A stretch of DNA of 64,000 nucleotides from assembly GCA_001179505.1 (NCBI GenBank), contig CDMY01000274.1, positions 76,558-140,557 of the forward strand, in the 5' to 3' direction. Under the pieces are notes generated by a model. It made no database searches, was not told the origin of the DNA, and saw only the letters and a program-made list of their open reading frames with translations. Source of the DNA: Vitrella brassicaformis CCMP3155. Its lineage: Eukaryota > Protista > Chromerida. Position numbers and translations under genes: made by a program. This document shows, in pieces, positions 1 through 13,155 of this stretch (position 1 is the first letter of the stretch; every line of letters starts with the position of its first letter).

Positions 1-1847
1 AACTCTTGGTTTTCGAGTTGGATGCACGACACTCGGAGCAGCCGACGCTGTGTCACACACACAGACCCCACATAGACATACAATGTGCCAGCTGCTCGAT
101 TGGGCTGTGCCGTTGGTTGTGTTGTGCTCACCTGCAGAGGACCTCTTGGGCTGTACTGAACCGATCCAACGCCTCAGTCTGATCCCACATCGCCCCGACC
201 ACTGCATCCACGCACACAAACATGAATGGATGTCTCGGTTTGCCCCTTTATCCATGGCTGCCTTCCCGCTTACACAACGCACCTGTGTCTTCTTGTCTGC
301 AGGGCGTTGCCGAGCCCTCGTCGGCACAGGGCATCGCTTTATTGCCACTCCACACGAAATCCTGTATCTCGTCATCATCGCCGTGGCTGTGGCCGGCGTG
401 GCTATTGTCGCTCAGCCCCCCACTGCCGCCGCCGTCACCCCACAGCGACCGACGCATGTTGTCGGAACTTGCCATGCCCTTCGGACACATCTGTTCATAT
501 ATATATGGCGTGGTGAGGTGTGGACAAAAGCTGTCTGTCTGTCTGTCTGTCTGTGTCCGCCTTTACCTGGTACATGTAGCCCTGGTCGTCTGCTGGGTCA
601 GAGTGCTGGAAGCAGTACTCGCTCGTCGCATCGACCTTTCAGCCACACATATACACGGACACAACGGCGGCAACACATGAGGCACATGACTCCTCAGCCC
701 CTCCAACCCACAAGGAAGGTACCTTGGTGAGTATGTCATGGTGCAGTGCCCGCAGCGACGTCACAATCGCCCACGGCGTGTGCGTGTTGACTCCAGCTTG
801 TCCTTGCACTCCTGACCACAATTGGTGAGCCAGTCGCGGAAGAAGCCCACCAGCACGTCGTCCTTCTCGGCCTCGCTTCTCTTCCGCATGTCGGCCTCAG
901 TCCACCCCAACATCTCGAGGTAGGCCGTCTTGCGCGTGGCGTTAAGGGCTTTGGTGGCGGGGACCAGGTGGGCCTCTAAGACGGACTGCATGGCGATGGT
1001 GCGCTTGGCCATGTGGGTGGCGGGGGACCACTGGTGTGCTGGCGTGGCGTCGGGGGACTGGGCCTTGGCGAGGGCAAAGAGGGCGAAAACTACCTCGGAC
1101 TTGATGCTCTGTTGCTCCAGGTGAAGCAGATGGCTGCACACACACACACAGAGAGAGATGCGCAAATATGGACAGAGGGAGGGATGCATCGCAGTGTGTC
1201 ACAAACACACACACACACACACTTACCTGCAGAACTCATCCTCCGTCTCGCGCATAGGTTTGCCTTTCTGCTGGCGGCCCTCCCGCTCGGCCAGTGCGGC
1301 GATGGCCCTGTTCTTGTTGAGCTCCTCATGCTCGACGATCTCCTCTACGTCGACGGGCGCCACGCCGCCTTTGGTCTGCTCAAACCGCTCATTCAGCCGC
1401 CTCTCCACATCCGTCTCGCCAGTGGACGGCTTCCACGGTACGGCCGCGGTGATGTCGCCGTCCGTGCGCTCGCCCTCCTTCATGTGGGCCAGCTGCTCAG
1501 CGGACTGGTCCCCCTCTGTCTTGTTGGGTGACAACGTAGGCTCCTTGGTCTGCATGGACACATACAAGCCAGGAACGCATCCAATGTCGGTGCATTCCGG
1601 CGTGGATCTTTCTTACGAGCTCAGACGTCTTGTGCGCCCCCCCGCTGCCTTTCTTTTGGAGCATTTGGGCGGTGGCCCTTCCCGGCGGGGTCATGACAAG
1701 GTCGGAGAGCCACCCGACCGGCTTACTATCCATCCACTTATCGATGTCCGTCAGGTGGACCCTTGGACCGACGCGCCACCACGTGACGGCGAAGGCGCCC
1801 AACAGGACGACCAGCAAACTGTGCATCGCGCTGGAATACACCATCAT
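1..1847 (-). CDS. Hypothetical multi-exon protein with N-terminal hydrophobic segment; 3' end runs off the window; apparent frameshift near 776-787
   Basis: Phase-consistent GT-AG joins: MMVYSSAMHSLLVVLLGAFA..SEL|TKEPTL..EFC-S-HLLHLEQ..KLES; downstream exons ..HHDILTK|VDATSEYCFQHSDPADDQGYMYQ|MCPKG.. and TEALDRFSTAQEVLC. No family recognised. Confidence 0.5.
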
Positions 1848-2665
1848 GCGAATGCTTTCAGCAGGAGAACCTTTCTGAAAGCCTTTGCAAAGTTTTTTTG
1901 AAGTCGGATGGACAAGCTCCTTTCAGCTCGCACGATGCTCGAGATCCAGGATTTGGCAGATCTCTTTCATAGAAGTGACCAGCATGCTGCCCTGCATCAG
2001 CAGAAGGTCGAGCCGACGCTGAGTGTTGTCATTACACAAAGATCTGCTTCAAATTGTACGGGGCCCGCACCCCGAGTGGGGATGGATGCAACACAAAGCC
2101 AGTCTGTAACTGTACCGCTACCACATAAACCCATTCACACGGGGACAGCAGAAGGGCAGTACACAGGGCGTGTCCCCTCTTCTCCGCCCCCACTGGCTCC
2201 GCCCATCCACAGGCAGCGGAAGAAACCGACACGTACGTCTGGCCGAGTGGCCAATATATGCGGCAGTGCAGTCCACCTGGCCTCTCTCCCCTTGTCTGTC
2301 TGTCTGTCTGTCTGTCTTCTCTCTCCAAATTGGGGGAAAGGGATGAGCGCAGCGAAAGGCAGACCGACCGACTGTGTCGTATGTGTGTTGGTCATCGCAT
2401 GAAATGCGTGGAGTCTCTACAGTCACGACCAGTTTTGGCTTCGCATCAATGGATGGATGGATTCATGAGGGCCCGTACGTGTTTGGCTTGGATGCCAGTG
2501 CGCGTACAGACAGAGTCGACAGACACATTCCATGGGTGTGTGTGGTCCTCCGTCATTGCCATTCCTGTATGAAAGCGTCAAAGGCTCTCAAATCACACGT
2601 ATCCACCACCACAAATCGAGCACGGCAGCCAGCCAACCAACCTGTACAAGATACATGGCACCTCC

Positions 2666-2965
2666 NNNNNNNNNNNNNNNNNNNNNNNNNNNNNNNNNNN
2701 NNNNNNNNNNNNNNNNNNNNNNNNNNNNNNNNNNNNNNNNNNNNNNNNNNNNNNNNNNNNNNNNNNNNNNNNNNNNNNNNNNNNNNNNNNNNNNNNNNNN
2801 NNNNNNNNNNNNNNNNNNNNNNNNNNNNNNNNNNNNNNNNNNNNNNNNNNNNNNNNNNNNNNNNNNNNNNNNNNNNNNNNNNNNNNNNNNNNNNNNNNNN
2901 NNNNNNNNNNNNNNNNNNNNNNNNNNNNNNNNNNNNNNNNNNNNNNNNNNNNNNNNNNNNNNNNN
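2666..2965. other. Assembly gap (300 N)
   Basis: Run of exactly 300 N. Confidence 1.
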
Positions 2966-3613
2966 GGTTCCGCAGATAAGGGCGGTTGCGCACCTGACCA
3001 ACGATCAACACACACACACAGCCATTCATTGCATGGCAGAGAGCAGGTCATGGGCATTGATTGCTTCGCCCGCCTGCCTTCCCGCCTGGCTGGCTGGCTG
3101 TGTGGCTGTCTGCCTGGCTCACCGATGCGACGATGCACAGCGTGTTGCCCTTGACCTCCATCAGCCGCAGGGTCGGGAAGATGCTCCCTGAAACCGCACA
3201 CGCACACACAGCATACACACTCATTCCGGCCCGCCCTTCAATCCGCACTCCACACACGTACCAGTATACGGCGCTACCAAAGAGGTCTGCACACACATTC
3301 ACACACACACAAAAAAAGAGAGAGAGAGAGAGAGAGGGCACACGCAAGCGCATCCACGACGCAGGCACTACCTGCAGACTCTTGCTGCATGCCTTACGAT
3401 GTTTGACACGGCGGCTGGTCCGACGATGGGGAAGGGCTGCAGGCCGTGGAAGATGTCCCACAGGTTGAGCGGCAGCAGCCCCGAGGCCTGGATCTTCCTC
3501 ACCTGCTGCAGCAGCAGCCACGGCAGCGCCACCACCAGCCCGATGCAGCCCAGAAAGCTTCCCAACCAGGTGTCGAATGCACGCACCACCGTCGCATACA
3601 TCGTCCGACGCAC
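2966..3613 (-). CDS. Putative hotdog-fold thioesterase (DUF4442/YiiD/PaaI-like), 5' part; continues into the gap
   Basis: Splicing gives ..GPAAVSNI|TSLVAPYT|GSIFPTLRLMEVKGNTLCIVAS|VRNRPYLRN.., resembling the APYxGSIxP..RxxxRN motif of DUF4442 proteins; phases consistent. Family call from remembered motif only. Confidence 0.55.
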
Positions 3614-3781
3614 CTTTCCCTTGACCTCAGGCGAGCTTGTCAGTGATGTTCTACTGGTGACCTGCCCGACTGCTTATTTGAGTCACACGAGGAAGATCCC
3701 TTGTGCATCGTCTTGGGTTGTGTCGTAGAAGCGCTGCGAGTGTGTTGATATTGGTGACACAGCGATCCCTAGCTCGCTCGG

Positions 3782-6700
3782 ATGCAGCGAAGTTCTTCTC
3801 GCGCGCCAGAGGAGAGGAGATCGAGCGAGGAGGTGGCGCAGAGCGAGCATGGCGCACAAGACACGATAGACACGCGAGATAGCGGCCAGGCCGCCACCAG
3901 TGCTGAAGTGTCCGCAGAAACCACGGCCCAGCCACAGCAGAAGGCCGTATCACCATCCCCTTCCCCCTCCCCCTCCCCTCCCCACCACCCCCCTCACCCC
4001 CCTCACCAGTCGTCCGAAGCGTCGGAGGAAGAGACCCTGCTGCAGAAGTCCAAGTTCCTCTCACAGGACGCCCACGCGCACACGGCGGAGGAGCCGCTAC
4101 CCGTGGGCGACGGCCACTTCACGCAGCCATCGCAGTTCGGCGGGGGTGAGTCGCTGAGCCCACTCATGGCGCAGCTCTCGCTTGCCCGCGACCGCAGCGG
4201 GCCTGACCCGCATGATGTGTTGAAGTGAGCGCCACACACACACACACACACACAATATACCCGCAAAGATGATGCGTGGTTGTCGGTGTGTGGGGATGTG
4301 TGTGATCTGCACACAGGTGGACGGTGGACGACACTGCGTCGTGGCTGGGTCAGAATTCGCTGGGTTTGCTGGCTGACAAGTTCCGCGAGCACGGTATCTC
4401 GGGTGACGTGTTGTTTGAGGTGACCCGTGAGGACCTGGCAGAGATGGGCATCACATCGGTGGGCGACCGCCGCCGACTGCTCAGGGCCATCGACCAGCTC
4501 AAGATCGACGCAAACGCCAGGGCCAGCTACTCGGTCGACCTGGCCGTTGTCGGGTGAGTGAGCTGAGGCAGCGAGGAGGAGGAGAAATGACCTGAAATGA
4601 CCTGACCACACCCCGCACCCCGCTCGATGCACCACGAAGTCTCGACGTGTGGCTTATGTTTGTGTGATAGGTGTTCGCCGTTGGTGTATGTCGACCCTGG
4701 CACAGGGGCGTTCAACCCGCTAGACCTGCTCGACGTGGACAGCGAGCAGGAGCTGCTCGTCCGGGCCATGACGGACGCAAAGCGGTCGTGCTCATACCTC
4801 TTCTCGTACGGCACCGCTGAGTCACTGTCGCACATCATGCAGCTGGGTAAGTGAGTGAGCACAAGAAGGCGCACAGACGCACGTGGGTGATGGTTTGCTG
4901 TGCGTGTATGTGTGCAGGTTGTCAGGTGCTGCATTTCACTGGCCACACGACGCCCGAGGGCAAGCTGCTGCTCGAGAACTCCTCGGGGGGCGCCACCGAG
5001 CTGCAGGCCGACTCACTCTGCGACCTCTTCAGGTGAGATGGCAGCGGTTTCCAGCCGTCTGTCAGTCAGAATGGGCCTCATGTGTGTTGTGTGTGGGTGG
5101 TGTGTTGGTGTTGGTGTTGGTGTCAGGTCGCCTGGCCCGTCGAGTTTTGTTCAGCGCGGCACGTCGTGCCAGTGCGTGGTGCTCAGCAGCTGCAACTCGC
5201 GAGCCGTCGCATCCGCATTGTAATCACCACCACCACCACACAACGCAATAAACAAGACCTAGGCAGCAGTCGCGTGTGTGTGTGTGTGTGTGTGGATCGG
5301 CCGGTCAGTCTGGATGCGGGAGCTCAGCACGTGGTTGCGGTAGAGACGGATCAGAAGGTGTTGGACACGGCCGCCCGCAAGTTCGCCTACGCCTTCTACC
5401 ACTCTTTGTTGGTCGGCAACTCCATCAAGCAGTCCTTCAAGCACGCCTGCTGGCTCGTCAGACACTCGCCGGAGATCCCCTCGCCACAGCAAGAGGTACC
5501 TACACACCTCTCACACGTGTGCGCGAGGGCATGGTTGATGCGTGTGCTGTCTGTTTTGGACAGTCGAACAAGTTTGTGTTGCTGCCGGCGGCTGCCGACC
5601 ACTCGGAGGTGCTCTTCTCATCACTGCCGACGGGGCTCTTCGTCGACAGGTATATCTGGCGTAAAGTGGTGCTTGTGGAAACGTGTGAATGTGTTGTGTG
5701 TGGTGTGGTGTGGTGTGCGCAGGTCGATCCGTCGTGCGACGGCGAATTTGCCGCACATCAACATGGATTTGGTGGTGGGGCGGCAGGTGGAGATGTGGGA
5801 GGTCAGCAGGGCCATACAGTCGCCAAAACGATTCATAGTGGTACGTGAGCAACCCCCACCCACACACACTGATGCCCAGAACACTCCTCATCGTTTAGTG
5901 TGTGTGTGTGTGTGTGTGTGTAGATTGTGGGTGCTCCAGGCATCGGCAAGTCCACCCTTGCATGTGTAGTGGCGCAGTATGCTTGGTACGGCGCACACCA
6001 CACGCCAGGCACACTCCCTCCCTCCCATAAAGAGCCCGCCTCACTGTGCGAGTGGTGTCTGTGTCATGACGTCGTGCCCCACAAACGTCAGGAAGCGGAA
6101 TTGGTTTCCCGAGGGCGTGTCGTGGATGCCGCTCAAGGGCCTCAAGTGGGTCGAGGGCGTCAGCGGCACGGCGTGCTCCACTCTGGGGGCGTCGTCTGAC
6201 CCCGACACACAGCAGCCACTGCCGCACATCAACGGCAAGAGGCTCATCGTTTTCGATAACGGTGGGTAAAATGCGGTGCGGTGCGCCCCAGGGGTTTGTG
6301 CGTGTGTGGTGTTGTATGCTGGATCGGGTGTGTTGTTGGCTTTGTTTTGTTTCAGCTGAGGATTTGCTGCGTCGGACGCCGCGGCGGTTTCTGGCGTGGG
6401 TGGTGCAGCTGCTGGACTCATGCCCGCACCTCAAGATCCTCCTAACATCGCGACGAATCATCAAACCGGCCGGTCAGACAGACAGACAGACAAACCTACT
6501 GTACCGACACAGGGATAACGTGTGTGCGTGTGTGTGTGTGTGTGCAGATTTGCCCGAGAAGTGTCCGTTGGTTCCGAAGCACATCCATTTGCGTGAGCTG
6601 GACCGCACCAACTCTGTCCGGCTGCTGCGGCAGCTCTGCCCCAACATGGACGTCGAACCAGCCGCCAGAATTGGAGACCTCTGCGGACACCTGCCACTCG

Positions 6701-9700
6701 GTAGGTTACCATAACCAACTCACACACACACACACCCCCCACCATCTCCCCCTCTCTCTCACTTGTGTGCTTCATTCATGTGTTCATTCAGCGTTGCGTG
6801 TGATCGGCCGTCTGCTGGGCAGCCGTCCTGACATGACGCCTGAGTCAGTGGCGGCATCGCTTGAGAGGGACTCCGACCACGACCTGACCCTGTCGCTCTC
6901 CGAGTACGCGGCCTGCGTGCAGCCGTCGGTGGAGGCCCTCGCGGAGCCGCTGCGGCAGGCCCTGACGACGCTGAGCATCTTCATCGGGCACTTCACGCTC
7001 GAGGGTGCGAGTGCGTTGCTCAACGAGGACTTCGAGCACACCCGTCAGATCCTGGGCCTGCTTTTCGAGAGCAAGCTGGTCGAGTTCGAGAGCACCATCA
7101 ACAGCTACTTCGTCCACACGCTCATCCGGATCTACCTCAAGAAGGCCCCGCTGCCCCAGCAGCCCTCGCTGCGTGCCGAGATCCGCTGCAGGTTCGTCCT
7201 CTACATCACTCAGGTCATGTGGCGGGTCGCCCACCACTACGATCTCATGACCAAGCAGCAGGCGCACGAGAAGCTCTACACCCACCAGCACCCTCAGACA
7301 CCCGCCACCACCACCAGCAGCGCAACTGTCGCCCCATCCCCTGGCCCCGCAGCCACCCCGGGCACCGCCAGTGGCCACCACGGCGGCCCCGCGCCCTCGT
7401 CGCCGTGGGCGGCCGGGCAGGCCGCGCTGCGGCTCTTCGATCGCGAGCGGCCCAACATCGAGCTGGCCCTCGACCTGGCGGGCTTCACGCCTGCCTTTTT
7501 CGCGCTGCTGCAGCTGGGCAAGGAGGTGTTCAAGCGGCGCTTCGAGGCCATGCGGCGGGTGGAGCTGTACGAGCGTGCCTTGGGGATCATCATCGCCGAG
7601 CTGATAGGGCAGAAGATGCCGAGTGAGAGGCCGGGAGAGGTGGCTGGGGGGATGGGGGTGGGGGTGGTGTCCCGTGCGGCAGACCATGAGGGCGCGAGCG
7701 ACAGGCTGGTGAGGAAAAGCAATGACAGCGCAGGCACTGCCAAGGCTGCACAGGTGAGAGGGGAGGGAGTGGGGGAGGGTGGACGGGACGGGCCGCAACA
7801 GTGCATCTCACTGGTTGGTTCCGTGCATGTGTTTGTCATTCTGGTCAGAATGAGATCGAGATGGCGAGCCTTGTCAATCCTGACATCGACTACGACCTGC
7901 TGGCCGACCTGGCCAGCTCCACCGGGGTGGTGCCGCAGCCCGACCCTGCCACCGCCGCCGAACACCCATTCCAGATGAGCAACACCATCCTCGGCAAACT
8001 CGACATGTCACAAACGGTGAGCAGCAGAACCGACCATACCATCAGACAATAGTCGTTCTCGCTCTATGTCTGTGTACCTGTTGATCAATCAGTTGGAGGC
8101 GCCCGTCACGTCCCCCTCTCGCGAGATCACCCCCGAGGCGTGCTTCCCGCCCTCATTCTACCTCCTCTCGCCCTCAGACGAGCTAGACGCCCCGGAAGAC
8201 CTCCCGCCCCCCGTCGGCGGCCACACACACGCCGGGCAGAAGACCACCATCAAGCTGGGCGAGCACCACTACCTCTACCTCCCCTTCCCGGCTGCAGCAG
8301 ACAGCCACGCCCACGCCCACACCCACACACCACCTGCTGCTGCTGCTGCTCCAGGGGCTGGTAATGGTGGCGGCCACTCGAGGGACACATCGATGCTGGC
8401 GGCTGATGCGCTGGTCAACGCACTGCAGAGCGGCAAGGCCACGATGGAGGACGCCTGCCGGCGTGCGGCCGAGGGCACCATGGTCTTCTTGTCGGCGCAG
8501 CTTAACGTCAAGCGGCGGCCTGACTTTGACGGCGGGTGCATCAGCAGCGAGCAGCTCAGCAGGGACAGGCTGCGCAAGACCCTCACCGAGTTCGCCGCCA
8601 CGTACATGCAGCGGTCCCTCAGCACGGGGGTGGGCGACATCGATAGAGACATGCCGCCTCCTCTCTCGCTCGACCGTGACGTGAGCGCCCTTTCTGCGCT
8701 GTCAAACCACAGCCGCGTGAGCCGCCTGACCGCGCCGACTGAGGGATGGTGGTGGGACAGAGACGCCACAACCACAACCACACCAGCAGCCGAGGGGCCT
8801 TCCTCTCCCATCCCCGACGAGCCATCCGCAGCCACAGCCACGGCCACGAGCACGGCCAGCAGTGGGCGGTACAAGGTGTTGTCGGACATCCTGTTCCAGC
8901 TGGGCTACGCCTACCGCGACATGGGCCTGGTCTCCCATGCCGCGGCGCTGGTCAAGGTGGCCATGAACCTCGTCCCAGTCCCCGTCGACACCCTCTCGCG
9001 CGAGAGCAGCGACGCCCGACACGACCAGCCGCAGCCGCACCCCGTCTGCTGCAGCACGGCCATCAGTGGCGCCGGGAGGGGCTCCCCACGACACGGCAGG
9101 GACAGGTGCATGCTGGCGGGGCGCCCGGAGATCCATGTCGTCGCGGCGGAGGAGGAGGCCACCCAGCCGGCGGGGGCTGCCGAGGGCCACGAGGAGCTCG
9201 CGCATCGGGGGGTGCACGAGGAGAGGGAAAGCCGCCGCACCGTCAGCCCGGCCTCCGAGCAGTCGGCCAGGTCGAGCGACGGCGTCCCCGCGACAATCAG
9301 CACGGTGGGCGGCGTCGACAGCGAGAGGGAGAGGCGGCGGATCATGGCAACGCACCGGTCCGAGATGGCGTCGCTCGAGGCCAAGCTCATGTGCGACCTG
9401 GGGTATTATGACGAGGCAGGCCGGTACTTCCAGGAGGCCCTCGACATAGTGGAGGCGGTGGGGGCGCCCGTGGCGCAGAGCGAGATGCACGCCCGGCTGC
9501 TGTTTGCCCTGGCGGTGTACTGGTGGGACTACCGGCACAACGCCTCCATGGCCCAGCAGTTCTACCTCAGGTGTCTGGAGCTGCGGCAGCGGCTCAACCC
9601 TGGCGGCCTGCAGACCGCCCACACCATGACCAGCTTCGGCGTCGTCTGCGGCAACTGTGGCGAGCTAGAAGCCGCCAGAAAGTCAGTATGCCGTCGAAAC

Positions 9701-11782
9701 GCCGTACACGCAATCCGTTTTCCACCTCTGTCTCCGTCTGCCCCTCTCTCTGTGTGTGTTTGCAGGTTGTTGGAGTGTTCGCTGCAGATCAAGCGTCGCC
9801 AGCTGGGCCGCAACCACCCTGAGGTGGGGTTTGCTTACCACGACCTCGCGACGGTCATGGTGGCCAAGGGCGACTACCGCAAGGCCGAGTGCCTCTTCAA
9901 GAAGTCCCTGGCGCTGAAGCAGCAGGTGCTGCCCGAGTACCACCTCAAGATCGCCGAGACCGTGCACAGGCTGGGGCTGCTCTACGAGACCCAGAAGAGA
10001 TTCAGAGACGCCGTCCCGCTGTTCAGGTGAGCGAGCAGACAGACAGCAGACACTGGCTGGCAGGCGGAGAGGGAGGTTTCTGGGCTCATCTGTGGTGTGT
10101 GTTCCGTCCCGTCTTGTGTGTGTTTCAGGCAGAGTCTTCGTGCCTACGAGATCGCAGGGGCGGCAGCGAACTTCGCCGACTCGGCTGCAGAGCTGGGTGC
10201 GACCCTGCTGCGGCTGCTGCCGACCCCCTCGTGTGGCGAGGAGGCGGACGGCCGCGTCCCGCTGGTTATCATCAACACCGTCACAAACGCCACCACGACC
10301 CATGACGAGCAGCACACGGAGCGACACACCCTGCTGGAGGAGGCCTCCCTGCTGCTGCAGAAGAGCCTCGAAGTGCGGGTGCGTGACCAGCCAGCCACAC
10401 CACACCACACCACACACACAACGCATCGATCGTCCACAGCGCCATTTCCTCGTTCGCTGTGTGTGTGTGTGTGTGTGTGTGATGTGCAGCGATCTCTGCG
10501 TAAGGACCCCCACCTGGCGCGCCACCCGAGCATCGGCTCCAACGACGTCGACGACAGCCTGGTGCTCGCCGCCACGCAGCTCAACGTCGGCTGGATCCTC
10601 CTGGAGAAGCACCAGCCCAGAGTGGCCGAGGACTACATCCGCTCGGCACTCGAGCAGCTCGAGCAGCTCCGCGACTACATCCCCACCATCCTCCCGCCCG
10701 CGCCGTCGCCCGAGTTCGGCGCCAGCGCCATCGACCGTGGGATGCCCACGCTCGACCTCCCGTCGACCTCGGACAAGGGCGGCGAGGCGGTGGGCGAGGA
10801 GATCGACCCGTCGTACTACGACCAGGTGGAGAGGGAGAGGATGCTGGCCCGAGAGGAGCTCCTCGGCAAGCTCAGGCAGTGCAAGGCCGAGCTCTGCCGT
10901 GGCTACTTCCTGCTGGGGCGGTGTCTCTACGAGCCCACCACAGCCGCAGCCACAACCACCACCGCCCCCAGCTACGCATTCGGCGAGCAGACGGAGGGTC
11001 AAACGTTGCCAGGATCCGACGAGTTCCACTGTGCGGGCGAGATGCTGTTGGCGGTGTGCCGCGACAACTGTGAGGCGCGCGAGCGGCAGGTGGCGAGGCA
11101 GCGGTGCGAGAAGCAGAAGGTGCTGGGGTGGCAGGCCAAGCTGCAGGCGGTGTTTCTGATCCTCAAGAAGGAACAGGGCCTGGGCAGCATGGCCAAGCTG
11201 GGCCCTGTCGAGGAGGACGAGGACGACCATCACCTGGGGACTGCCGACGGCCTCGGGGGTGGCGGTGGTTTTGGCGGTGGGGGGCCGGCAGAGACTGATG
11301 GAGTGGCACCTTTACCGCTAGGTGGGTCACCCAACCAACAGCACAGAACCAGTGAGCCCTCGTGTGTCTCATGGTGTGGTGTCTTGTGTGCAGTGTCTGA
11401 GGAGATCACTGTGTTGGGCCGGTTTCTCAACCACGACCTCCACGCAGCCATCGCAGCCATCATGACGCCCCAACAGACCGACATCGACACCACCGGTGCG
11501 GCCACTCTCCAGCTGCCCCAGGCAGCAGCAGAAGCCGAGACAGAGCGGCCCTCGTCGATCCAAGCAGAGGGGCCGCCTTCTCGGCTGGCCGCTGCGGCCA
11601 ATGCCGTGCTGTCGCCCTCCAGGGGCTCCTGCGTGCCGCAGTTTGGTTTGACTGGCCAGCCCACCCCCACACGCACACGGCACCCCGGTGGTGGTGTTGG
11701 TCGTGATGCCGTGTTGGTGCCCATGGGTGTGGAGCACCGGCAGAGCAGCATCGAGGAGGAGCCGGAGGCTGAGAAGGACTGA
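3782..11782 (+). CDS. NLR-like protein: disordered N-terminus + SAM + CHAT (caspase-like protease) + STAND/NB-ARC ATPase + winged helix + TPR repeats
   Basis: SAM: KWTVDDTASWLGQNSLGLLADKFREHGISGDVLFEVTREDLAEMGITSVGDRRRLLRAIDQLK (4317-4553). CHAT: VLHFTGH (His 4944-4946), CVVLSSCNS (Cys 5191-5193), AFLDAGAQHVVAV..DTAARKFAYAFYHSL. STAND: VGRQVE, Walker A GAPGIGKST, Walker B LIVFDNAED, LLTSR, CGHLPLALRVIG. TPR: SLQIKRRQLGRNHPEVGFAYHDLA. All introns GT-AG with consistent phase. Confidence 0.9.
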
Positions 11783-12892
11783 TTGATGGACAGACGACAG
11801 AATGTAGTGTAGCTGGCTGCCCAATGAAGTGACGCCTGTCGTCTGCAGGAGTGCAGGAGAGCAGTGAAGTGTGGATGTGTGTGTGTGCGTGCGTGTGTGT
11901 GGTGGGGGTCTGGGTGGAGTGGAGAGGCCATGTTTCGTACTTACACACGTGCCCCTAATTGTGTGCGGCAGTCAAGTGAGTGGGAGGGTGTGCACGCTTT
12001 CAGAGCGCTCGTGCGCCTTCTCATCGCTTGGCCTGGCTGCTGCAGTGAGTGCAGTGCGTTGTCTGTCCATTGTACGTGTGTGTATCTTCTTCCTTCCTGT
12101 GCCTTTCAAAGAAAGAACTTGAAGACGGAGCGTGTTTGTGTTGTGTTTGCAGGTAGGTAGGTAGGTGTAGCTTGAGCTTCATGCTGTGCGCTCGGTTGTT
12201 CGGTGGCGGCTGGGTGACGCCAGCCTCCCTCCCGTATGGACTGGGCTCTTTCTTTTCGGCTGGCTGACGGGCACACATGTTCCACAGGGAGGGGAGGAAG
12301 GCCACACGCTCACGGAGGTCATGTATGTGCCATGCAGCACATCCTTTACCCACTCGTCGACGTGTGAGTGTGAGTGTGAATGTGTCTGGGTGTGCTGTAC
12401 GTTCATCGTGTGTACAGCGACCACATGGATGCCACACATTCACACGCATCCATCCATACATGAGTTGCTGCCTTGCGTGGTGGTGGCCCTCACAAAGTGA
12501 CCGGCCTGCATGTGGGGGGTGGATGCATCAAAGCGTGTCGATCTCGTGTGTGTCTGCTGTGTGTTAACGCTCCCGTTCACTGTGTGAGTGTGCATGTGTG
12601 TATGTGATGTTGAGCAGACAGATGAGAGCAGTGGAGTTCTGCGTGTATGCGTATCATCTCTCTGTACGGACACGTGACTGGTTGGCCCGTCGCGATAATC
12701 ACTACTTGTGACCAGCGGTACGGCCGCCTGCCCATATTAAAGAAAGAATCGAGACGGCCCCAAATCGGCCCACTCAATAAGCCCCACTTTCCTTCCGTTC
12801 GGACATCACCAAAGGCGTTTCAGGTCGGAACACACATCTCGCAGGCCCCGCCTGTCCTGTGCAGCCAGTGGCACCGCCGGTAGCCTTGAAGC

Positions 12893-13124
12893 ATGACCAT
12901 GGCCCGCACCACATCCCTCATCGTCGCGGTGTCGCAGCTGAAGCCATCCTCGGCGCTTCTGTTGGCGCTGATTGTGTCGCTCGTCATCAGTCCGGGCCGG
13001 TGTGCGAACCCGAACATCACCCTGCTGGCCATCGACAGCTCTGATGGAGACCTACAAAAGTGAGTAAGAGAAATACACAGCCATCCATACGTACCAGTAA
13101 GAGAATATAATCGATACGTACTTG

Positions 13125-13155
<31 letters not shown>

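Noticed and set aside
2374-3207. ORFs containing X runs, here and at 21579-22262 and 59736-60390
   Set aside because: Artefacts of translating through N gaps.
8702-11233. Long minus-strand ORFs (306 aa, 516 aa and others)
   Set aside because: Antisense shadows of GC-rich exons of the NLR-like gene; no independent motifs or splice logic.
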